This document shows positions 6,247 to 13,600 of a stretch of 32,000 nucleotides of DNA, piece by piece. Origin of the DNA: Pseudoalteromonas translucida KMM 520 (GTDB taxonomy: Bacteria; Pseudomonadota; Gammaproteobacteria; Enterobacterales; Alteromonadaceae). How positions within the stretch are numbered: position 1 is the first letter of the stretch; the number at the start of each line of letters is the position of its first letter. The stretch lies in assembly GCF_001465295.1 (NCBI RefSeq), contig NZ_CP011034.1, positions 1,440,001 to 1,472,000 of the forward strand, given 5' to 3'. Under the pieces are notes generated by a model. It was not told the DNA's origin and ran no database searches. It saw nothing but the letters and a program-made list of their open reading frames with translations. The translations under genes and the position numbers were made by a program.

Positions 6247-9021
6247 ATGGCACAAGTTATAACCATTGCCGGCGAAAAGTTATTTGCAACCAAAGCACAA
6301 GCAAACCAGCAGCTAGATATTGATACGTTTATTTTTGCAAACGTAACAGGGCAAGACCCAGCCGCCGAAATTGACCGCAACGAAGGCATTCCAACCAGCT
6401 CTATTGTGCACCAACAAAACGTGCAGCAAACAGGCCGTATTAACGACAACGTAGTTGTTTATTCAACCGTACTTGATAGCGTTACGGGCCCGTTTGAATT
6501 TAACTGGGTAGGGTTGTACTCGTCAGTAAATCAAACATTAGTAGCCATTAGCCATGTACCAACTGTTGCCAAAACAATTACCGCGCCAGGCAGTGCCGGT
6601 AACACACTAAACCGTAACTTTGGTATTGAGTACTCAGGCATAGCCGACTTAGCAGGTATTAGCGTATCACCCGAAACATGGCAGTTAGACTTTAGCGCCC
6701 GCTTAAGCGGCATGGACGAACTAACCCGCCAGCTAGCAAGCGACATGAACGGCAAAGACTGGTTTATTGATGATGGTTTTAAAGTAGTACCGCGCTCAAC
6801 CGCCAATACATTTAGCGTAACACCCGGCGTAGGTTACGTAAGCGGCCTGCGCGTAGAGCTAAAACAAGAGCACACTTTAACACTACAAAGCTACCCACAA
6901 TTTGTATATGTAGATGCGTATTTTGATGGCAACGCATCTAGCACGTGGACACCACAAGTGGCTTTTACTGTGTCTAATACCGAAATGGACGATTATATAG
7001 ATACGAATGGTGTTCATCATTATGTACTTAAATTAGCAAAAATAACTACTTCAGATAGAGTTGAAAACCTGAGAAATATAAATGGGTTAAAAGAACAAAT
7101 TGAATTACATAAAAATAATAAAGATGCAGCTCATAACGAAATATATACAAGAAAATTTAAAACAACTGCAATGATGCAAAATGCTGATAAAGGCAGTATT
7201 AAATTAGGCGATCTAATTAAAGTTGATGACACTAATGCAGTGTACTTAGTAAGTGAAAAGAAAATAGTTGATGGGTTTGTGGATCTGGAGTTATTGAATG
7301 ATAATTTTTCACTATTATTGCAATATGATGAAGTATTAAAAACAAATAAATGCGGCGCTATTTTAGATGGGCTAGCAGACCCTACGCCCGCAATTCAAGC
7401 TGCATTAAATAAGAAGCCAACTGAACTACATCTTAGCAAAGGGGATTACTCAAAGTTACAGCGTCTTTATATTCCAGAGGAAGTATCAGAAATAACCGCC
7501 TCCTTAGATGCTTTTAACTTAAATAAAGATTTAATAAACAAAAGGTTTAGGCGTAAGGGAGTACCCCAAAATCATGGCTGGACTGAAGTTGCGAACGCAT
7601 TAAGTCCAACATCCTCAAAGCTTATTTTTGTAAGAGAAGATGCTTTGACGCGCTTTTATGTATACCAACCATCTAACTTACCTACCAATCGTTTTGTTTA
7701 CCGATACGACAGAGGAGAAGAGCAATTTGATGGGCCACTCTTTAACCGTCCTTATTTACAGAGACAAATTAACCATTCAGAAATCACGCCAAGAATTAAT
7801 TTAGGTATTAATGATGCTCATAAAGTTGGCGATTGGATACAAAGCGGTATTTACGAATACTCGGATGTTAGTGGTGATTACATAGAGTGGAAATTCACAG
7901 GGACTGCGGCACGCATAAGCTGGCTTAGAAATACGAATGCAGGCTCTGCAATTATTACAATTGATGGAAAGCCTGCAAACCTTGTGAGTGATATTAATAT
8001 GTATGGTGACGCTGGCTCTCAAAGTACAGAAGTGGCTGATGGTTTATTTTACGGTGAGCATACAATAAGAGTAACAGTTACTAATGGTAAAAATCCGAAT
8101 TCAACTGGATTTAGATGCTATATAAATGCTAACGCTGGACTTAGGTTTAATGCAGCTTTACCGGATAAAATTTACAGAGGTAATACAACAGATTACCCGG
8201 AATTGGTTGCAAGTAAATCGAAGGACTATAGGGTCAGTGATTCAGCCACGACTTATGCTTTAGCTTTTCGCTTAGCGTCTAATGTGGGTGCTAGCACACC
8301 TTTTATAGGTTCGGTACACGGTTATGAAAATGTTGATAGCTTCCAGCTCTTTATCGATGGTGTGGAGCAGGAGGACTGGATGGATGGCAATGGAGGATAT
8401 TCTCGGCTTAGATCTGGATATATGATTCAGTTAAAACATAAAAGCCAGTTGTTCCACCCTGATGATGAAGGCGCCTTTGCTAATATTACGCTAACAGAAA
8501 CCTACACGGCGGAAGGATATAACCAGTCATATAGTATTGAATGGTTGAAAGATATTTTTAGTGCTAATGGTTACACCCAAATGTGGACAGCTAGCGGGGG
8601 TATTGCCGGTGGAGTTTCTGGTGCGCTCAATGGTTGGTGTAATAATGTTTCTTTCTCATCAGGTGAAAACTATTACTTGGATGGAGAACAAGGGGTTGTA
8701 GGAAACAATCTAGCTAATCAAGTTTTATTTTGGGGGACACCATACAATATAAGTAACCCTTTAAGAGATGAACTTTCGGGCGATGTAGCTATGTTAGTCA
8801 CATTTCCAAATTTAACCGAGTCTATGCAAGGGTTTAATGTGGCAAAAACGTCCAAAAGAGATGGCGTGTGGGTTAATGATATGGCAAGGCATAAAAAAAT
8901 GTACATGCAAACTTTCAGAGCTGGCGCGAGACAAGCTGGAGATATAACTCGAGGGAAAATGCATGTGAAGTTAATTTACGCACCGAACAACGGATGTTAT
9001 GACGCATTTTCGACTAACTAG
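6247..9021 (+). CDS. Tail fibre: conserved tail-collar N-terminal anchor fused to a low-GC distal module with carbohydrate-binding / depolymerase-like motifs
   Basis: AGGAG SD precedes the ATG. The N-terminus MAQVITIAGEKLFATKAQANQQLDIDTFIFANVTG... resembles the P2 gpH/DUF3751-type N-terminal domain. The distal part contains ...GLADPTPAIQAALNK... (pectate-lyase-3-like start motif) and ...YIEWKFTGTAARISW...GEHTIRVTVTNGKNPNSTGFRCYINA (CBM-like pattern). Confidence 0.8.
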   Translation: MAQVITIAGEKLFATKAQANQQLDIDTFIFANVTGQDPAAEIDRNEGIPTSSIVHQQNVQQTGRINDNVVVYSTVLDSVTGPFEFNWVGLYSSVNQTLVAISHVPTVAKTITAPGSAGNTLNRNFGIEYSGIADLAGISVSPETWQLDFSARLSGMDELTRQLASDMNGKDWFIDDGFKVVPRSTANTFSVTPGVGYVSGLRVELKQEHTLTLQSYPQFVYVDAYFDGNASSTWTPQVAFTVSNTEMDDYIDTNGVHHYVLKLAKITTSDRVENLRNINGLKEQIELHKNNKDAAHNEIYTRKFKTTAMMQNADKGSIKLGDLIKVDDTNAVYLVSEKKIVDGFVDLELLNDNFSLLLQYDEVLKTNKCGAILDGLADPTPAIQAALNKKPTELHLSKGDYSKLQRLYIPEEVSEITASLDAFNLNKDLINKRFRRKGVPQNHGWTEVANALSPTSSKLIFVREDALTRFYVYQPSNLPTNRFVYRYDRGEEQFDGPLFNRPYLQRQINHSEITPRINLGINDAHKVGDWIQSGIYEYSDVSGDYIEWKFTGTAARISWLRNTNAGSAIITIDGKPANLVSDINMYGDAGSQSTEVADGLFYGEHTIRVTVTNGKNPNSTGFRCYINANAGLRFNAALPDKIYRGNTTDYPELVASKSKDYRVSDSATTYALAFRLASNVGASTPFIGSVHGYENVDSFQLFIDGVEQEDWMDGNGGYSRLRSGYMIQLKHKSQLFHPDDEGAFANITLTETYTAEGYNQSYSIEWLKDIFSANGYTQMWTASGGIAGGVSGALNGWCNNVSFSSGENYYLDGEQGVVGNNLANQVLFWGTPYNISNPLRDELSGDVAMLVTFPNLTESMQGFNVAKTSKRDGVWVNDMARHKKMYMQTFRAGARQAGDITRGKMHVKLIYAPNNGCYDAFSTN

Positions 9022-9039
9022 GAAACTATTGAGCTTGTT

Positions 9040-9531
9040 ATGCTTACATTAAACTCACTATCAATAACCCTTAAGTCACTTCGCATTACGGCAAGCCAAG
9101 AGCTTGCCAGCGAAGATGCAAGCGGGCAAAGCTCAAGTACCGACGTAGCCGAAACGGGTATAAAGGCTAAAACGCTGTCGGTTAATGGTTTATTGCCATT
9201 TAACAAAGCTGAGCATTTAGCGGGATTGTTTAACATGGCGGAAGCCACCGAAAGTGGTGCGCGGGCTATTTATCGCATTAGTAACAATACGGCCAGTGCA
9301 CTGGGTGTTAAGCAAGTGCGCTTTAGCAGCAAAATTGAAGCAGTAGAGCAACAAACCACCCGCCAATGGGCGATTAGTTTTACGCTTGTTGAATATCGCT
9401 CAGTACCGCAAAAAGTAGAAGAACGCACACCACAAGCCGAAGCCAACCAACAGGGCGGTAAAAGTAAGGTGCAATATGCAAATATTGGTGATCATCTACA
9501 AAAAAACTTTGAATCGTTGAGAACCGTGTAA
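9040..9531 (+). CDS. Phage tail/baseplate-associated protein, function unassigned (tube-initiator or gpX/gpU position)
   Basis: This 163-aa ORF is co-oriented within the operon, and its stop overlaps the next start (TAATG). I recognise no motif. Confidence 0.5.
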   Translation: MLTLNSLSITLKSLRITASQELASEDASGQSSSTDVAETGIKAKTLSVNGLLPFNKAEHLAGLFNMAEATESGARAIYRISNNTASALGVKQVRFSSKIEAVEQQTTRQWAISFTLVEYRSVPQKVEERTPQAEANQQGGKSKVQYANIGDHLQKNFESLRTV

Positions 9532-10220
9532 TGACAACCGCCAATGCTCGTTTTATTGCTCGCGCTTATATCAACGATGACAAAGTTGATATGAAAGACC
9601 ATTGGATAGTGCTGCAAGCATCAACGCCAGGCAACTGCCAAATAACCGTTAACCAAAGCGTTGCTAAGTTAGCGCCGGTTGCGGTTGATTTAGGTTGGGG
9701 CGATATGGTCGACCGCGTATTTAACGGTTATGTTGAACGTGTAATGCCCGCCGTAAATGGCTGGTACACACTGTTTTGCCGTGAATGGTCAGCATCACTT
9801 GCTTACAATTTAGCGGTAATGCTGCGCCATCCAACTATGCGCCAAGTGCTTGACGAAATCACAGCACAAACAGGCATTGAGTTTGTTATACCCGATAAAG
9901 CCTACGCTAATACCGCAATCCCCTGTTTTTACTCTGATAGCTCAGGCTATGCCATGTTAAACAATATCGGCCGTGCATTTCGCATTGCCGATTTTGTATG
10001 GTACCAACAAGGTAATGGCAAAGTGTTTGTTGGCAGCTATGCCGATTCGTTTTGGTCCGACAAACCCGTAACCATAGCCAACGAGCTAATGACCGATCAT
10101 CAATCAGGCAAAGCCGCAAAAATACCCGCTGCCCCAATGATACGGCCAAACGTAATAGCCAACGGCGAGCGTATAACCGCTGTTGAGTTTAAAGGCACAA
10201 ACATGACGATAAGTTGGTAA
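9531..10220 (+). CDS. Compact baseplate hub-like protein (gp27 / gpD / Mu gp44 N-terminal-like)
   Basis: The ORF is 229 aa. The sequence ...DRVFNGYVERVMPAVNGWYTLFCREWSASLAYNLAVMLRHPTMRQVLDEITAQTGIEFVIP... resembles the VgrG/gpD N-terminal pattern (F.G.V...Y.L.. then ....i...il...g..f). Confidence 0.45.
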   Translation: MTTANARFIARAYINDDKVDMKDHWIVLQASTPGNCQITVNQSVAKLAPVAVDLGWGDMVDRVFNGYVERVMPAVNGWYTLFCREWSASLAYNLAVMLRHPTMRQVLDEITAQTGIEFVIPDKAYANTAIPCFYSDSSGYAMLNNIGRAFRIADFVWYQQGNGKVFVGSYADSFWSDKPVTIANELMTDHQSGKAAKIPAAPMIRPNVIANGERITAVEFKGTNMTISW

Positions 10221-10222
10221 CA

Positions 10223-10984
10223 ATGGAAAAATCAATATTAAGAATTGTGCGCCGGTTGTTTCCAGAACTAACCGGCCAATTACATTTGCCACGCTGGGGC
10301 AGAGTAGTTGCATTGCCAGAACTGCCAACCGATGATGGCGAGCGCGGTAGCGATGCATTCTACCCACGCTATGCGGTAAACGTTCAGCTCATTGACGAAA
10401 ACGGAACAGACACTAAATCAAAACCACTTCAAGCCGTACCACTACCATTGCCTGGTGCAGGCGACAAAGCAGGCCGATTAGAACCACCGGCTATTAATTC
10501 AATTGTAGAAATTGGCTTTGCCTATGGCCGAGCCGATAAGCCATTTATTAGAACCGTATTACCCTTTGGTTGGGACCTACCCGCCATCAAAGAAGGTGAA
10601 ACTCGCACCCAAGTACGCGAAGGTGTATATCAGCACATTGATGAACACGGCAACTTTGAAAACAAAACCGACGAATCATTAAAAGACATCATCGGCAAAT
10701 TAGCCGACCTACAATGCGAAACCCGCAAAGTAATAGCAACTAAAGAACAAGATCACCGCAGCCCCAAAACATGGATAGGCAGCGAAGGCGAGAACGTACT
10801 TAAACTACTATCAGAACTAATGGCAACAGTAAGCGCATTAGCAAACACATGCGCAAGCCACACACACCCGGGCGTAACAGCAGGAACAGCAAAAACCCAA
10901 GCACCAGAACAGTCTGGAGACTTTAGCGGCCAAGCATCACAAGCCGACAGCCAAAAAGGCAGGCTCGACCCAATAACAAAGTAA
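10223..10984 (+). CDS. Central spike protein (gpV / Mu gp45-like) with HxH apex motif
   Basis: The track ORF starts at TTG 10214. ATG 10223 (MEKSIL...) is the more likely start. The N-terminal OB-fold-like part has ...GRVVALPE...IVEIGFAYGRADKPFI.... The C-terminal CASHTHPG carries its HxH at nt 10859-10867. Confidence 0.6.
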   Translation: MEKSILRIVRRLFPELTGQLHLPRWGRVVALPELPTDDGERGSDAFYPRYAVNVQLIDENGTDTKSKPLQAVPLPLPGAGDKAGRLEPPAINSIVEIGFAYGRADKPFIRTVLPFGWDLPAIKEGETRTQVREGVYQHIDEHGNFENKTDESLKDIIGKLADLQCETRKVIATKEQDHRSPKTWIGSEGENVLKLLSELMATVSALANTCASHTHPGVTAGTAKTQAPEQSGDFSGQASQADSQKGRLDPITK

Positions 10985-11003
10985 CACACAAACCCCACAA
11001 TCA

Positions 11004-11029
11004 AACCCAGCCACGCGCTGGGTTTTTTA
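11004..11029 (+). terminator. Rho-independent terminator of the tail operon
   Basis: An 8-bp stem AACCCAGC (11004-11011) / GCTGGGTT (11017-11024) has a 5-nt loop and runs into T6 (11023-11028). It begins 20 nt after the spike gene stop. Confidence 0.85.
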
Positions 11030-11185
11030 TTGCCTGCCACTCACTGCAGCAAAGATAACCACGCCAATACAAGCAAGGTAAGTTTAAGCCACGTAAACCA
11101 GCCCCACACAGAATGTACGTGACTGAATCCGCACTCTTCCTCACCCTCCTGCGCGCTCTTTATCGTTATTTTTTTACAGTTTTAA

Positions 11186-11215
11186 AGTACTTCATTTAAA
11201 GCGCCAGCCAGCGCC
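11186..11215 (+). repeat. Copy 1 of an imperfect ~30-bp direct repeat (core TTTAAAGCGCCA)
   Basis: The sequence is AGTACTTCATTTAAAGCGCCAGCCAGCGCC. It shares an exact 12-mer (11195-11206) and flanking similarity with 11880-11912. Confidence 0.6.
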
Positions 11216-11528
11216 CTATATAAGGTTATTAGTGGATCAAGGATCTGAAAAGATCGAAACTAATTTCACTGTTTTACAGTTTAACCGCCTGTAATTTATA
11301 AGAAATAAAACAAAATAGAATTGCTAAACAATAACTTAGCTCGTTTATGTGAGGTTCCAAAGATCAAAAGGGTTTTTAAGGGTTATTAAAAAGAATTACA
11401 AAACAGCAACTTAAGCAAAAACAAAACTGAAATTAAAAAAGTGTAATTTTTTTCGCAAAAACCCTATTGCGCGATCTGAAAAGCAGGTTAGCTTAGATGT
11501 AAGTAACAAAATAGGTATTTTAAATATA

Positions 11529-11696
11529 ATGGAAAAGCTAGACCGAATCGCAAAACTAAACACAGAAATGTTGGCTGTATTAACCCTATTAATCAGAGAC
11601 GAAAATTACACAGAACTGAAGCACCAACTATTGGACTCAGCACTGCAAAGGCTTTTAAATAATAGCGAGTCTATAAATCAGGAGTTGTTGAATTGA
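11529..11696 (+). CDS. Orphan small ORF, 55 aa, predicted all-helical, unknown function
   Basis: I translated this by hand: MEKLDRIAKLNTEMLAVLTLLIRDENYTELKHQLLDSALQRLLNNSESINQELLN*. It is below the 60-aa track cutoff and is followed immediately by a terminator-like hairpin. No clear SD is present. Confidence 0.3.
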   Translation: MEKLDRIAKLNTEMLAVLTLLIRDENYTELKHQLLDSALQRLLNNSESINQELLN

Positions 11697-11719
11697 AAAA
11701 GGGCTTAATGCCCTTTTTT
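11696..11719 (+). terminator. Terminator-like hairpin (A-run / GGGC-loop-GCCC / T-run)
   Basis: The sequence is AAAAAGGGC TTAAT GCCCTTTTTT, with a short GC core extended by A:T pairs. It could act in either direction. Confidence 0.5.
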
Positions 11720-11879
11720 ATTTTAGAAAACGGAAAGTTGTGTGTATAAAAATGTGTATAAATTAGTTTGAGGTAAAGTAATAGGTTTTTAAAAACAGGG
11801 TTTTACATGGGAGTTATCATAGTCGTGCCAATAGATTGTTGCTTGATTTTGCTCTTGATATGCCATGCGTAAAACCTTG

Positions 11880-11912
11880 AGTAGTTAACTTTAAAGCGCC
11901 AAAAATAGCGCC
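11880..11912 (+). repeat. Copy 2 of the imperfect direct repeat (core TTTAAAGCGCCA)
   Basis: The sequence is AGTAGTTAACTTTAAAGCGCCAAAAATAGCGCC. The exact 12-mer is at 11890-11901. Both copies carry GCGCCA...AGCGCC. Confidence 0.6.
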
Positions 11913-12366
11913 AAGTTACTAAAATTATGAATTATTTAGATTATGGCATATGGGTGAGGGAGTTTATAGTTTTGGGTGAGTAATTAGCTAATTCCACGTT
12001 GAGTCAATTTTATAACTATATAATCTCGTCATAACAAATTTAACTGATATTTATTTTCGCTGTTGTTTCAATAGATAAATTAAAGCTACGGTGAGTATTG
12101 CAGCGGGTATTAGTCATAAAAATTCACAAGTCATGCTACTGTCCTAATTAGTGTATATTTAATTCACTTTAATATTTACCCTATGTTCTTCAAGTAATGG
12201 AGTATTTTTGAAAGAGGTAATTTATGAATGTATAAAAATTATATCAGTTCGTTTTAAATAACGTTCTGAAAACTTTACCCTTTAAACTTTTTTGTTAGTT
12301 GTTAAAACAAAGTGGTAAGCTTAGGCGTTAGATGGCTATTACTTATAATTAAAGAGGTTTTTCATC

Positions 12367-13464
12367 ATGTTGTCGGTATTTGTTATTTGTACAGTAGTAA
12401 CTGTTATAGCAACATTGTTACCTTTATCGCGCCATCCGCACTGGATAGTTAGGGGAATGGACTTTCCGCGTTTACAAATTGCTATTATTGCTTTGTTGTT
12501 ATTGATAGCTCAGAGTATTTTACTTGATGTGACTGCGCCTATTAGTTGGGGGTTAATTTTAGCCACACTATTTTGTTTAATTTGGCAGTTAACGTGGATA
12601 TTACCCTATACCCGCATGTGGCGAAGCGAGGTTAAAACAGCAAAAGACGCCAATCCGCAGCACCAATTGAGTATTTTAACCTCTAATGTACTTACCCCAA
12701 ACCGTAATGCCGATGCGCTTATTGAACTTGTTAATAAGCATCAGCCCGATGTGTTAGTGACACTTGAATCGGACAAGTGGTGGGAAAAACAACTTGAAGT
12801 GTTAGAGCAAGCCATGCCGCATAGTGTTAAATGCCCGCTTGATAACCTATACGGTATGCACGTTTACTCACGCTTGACCATTGATGAGCATGAAGTGTCT
12901 TATTTAGTTGAAAAAGAAGTCCCCTCAATTCACATTTTATTGCGCTTACGCAGTGGCGATAAAGTCAGAGTGCACTTTGTTCACCCCGCGCCACCAAGTC
13001 CAACCGAGAACCCAGAGTCGGCTGAGCGAGATGCTGAGCTTGTTATTGTTGCCCGGAGTGTGGCGCAAAGTGAGCAGCCGGTTATAGTAACAGGTGACTT
13101 GAATGATGTGGCTTGGTCGGCGACCACGCGTTTATTTCGTAAAGTGAGTGGCTTATTAGATCCAAGGGTAGGCCGAGGCATGTTCAACACGTTTCATGTG
13201 GGTTTCCCTTTTTTACGTTGGCCACTGGATCATTTATTCCACAGCACACATTTTACAATACATTCTATAGAGCGTTTACCTTCGATAGAGTCGGATCATT
13301 TTCCGTTGTTTACTCGATTGCAGTTTGCACCGCAAAGCGGCGCTGAGCAGCAAGGTTTAAGCTCAGATGAAAACCATCATCAGTGGGCAAAAGAAATCAC
13401 TGAACAGCAGGGCGTTAATGAACTCGATGTGCCACAGCCAGGTGAGCCGAATAAGTTTTTGTAA
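12367..13464 (+). CDS. Membrane-anchored endonuclease/exonuclease/phosphatase (EEP) family protein
   Basis: The ORF is 365 aa. Three N-terminal hydrophobic segments are followed by an EEP-like domain (...ILTSNVL..., ...VTGDLNDVAWS..., ...SDHFPL near the C-terminus). AAAGAGG lies 9 nt upstream of the ATG. Confidence 0.75.
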   Translation: MLSVFVICTVVTVIATLLPLSRHPHWIVRGMDFPRLQIAIIALLLLIAQSILLDVTAPISWGLILATLFCLIWQLTWILPYTRMWRSEVKTAKDANPQHQLSILTSNVLTPNRNADALIELVNKHQPDVLVTLESDKWWEKQLEVLEQAMPHSVKCPLDNLYGMHVYSRLTIDEHEVSYLVEKEVPSIHILLRLRSGDKVRVHFVHPAPPSPTENPESAERDAELVIVARSVAQSEQPVIVTGDLNDVAWSATTRLFRKVSGLLDPRVGRGMFNTFHVGFPFLRWPLDHLFHSTHFTIHSIERLPSIESDHFPLFTRLQFAPQSGAEQQGLSSDENHHQWAKEITEQQGVNELDVPQPGEPNKFL

Positions 13465-13600
13465 TTAATAACCGTTTAAGAAGAAGCGAGTAAGTCATAA
13501 TGCAAAAATACACATTTGTGCTTTACTATCTCATTGGCAGTTTTGAGTGAGTAATGTTAGCTTAATAAGTCGGTAGCTTAATTGCACTGTGGAGGGACTA

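Larger units (their letters stand above)
1..11029. mobile_element. Late (lysis + tail/baseplate) region of a contractile-tail prophage or phage-tail-like bacteriocin; left end lies outside the window
   Basis: There are 16 co-directional plus-strand ORFs, mostly with overlapping or under-20-nt junctions (ATGA and TAATG overlaps). Endolysin, holin, tape measure, baseplate J, tail protein I, tail fibre and spike motifs are recognisable. By eye the GC content is higher than in the flanking DNA. The block ends at a strong terminator at 11004-11029. Confidence 0.85.

Noticed and set aside
10753-11040. 95-aa minus-strand ORF spanning the spike gene 3' end and the terminator
   Set aside because: It would start inside the terminator hairpin and run antisense to the spike gene. 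It has no RBS. I treated it as spurious.
11041-11160. Possible tRNA/tmRNA 3' fragment (…GACTGAATCCGCACTC…) as the integration target, and minus-strand mini-ORFs after an AGGAGG (16-22 aa, one hydrophobic: WGWFTWLKLTLLVLAWLSLLQ)
   Set aside because: The GAATCC stretch lacks a complementary T-stem and an acceptor/CCA arrangement on either strand. The hydrophobic frame has no ATG and no properly spaced SD, and the AGGAGG-linked frame gives an unremarkable 16-mer. This is not enough to call either feature.
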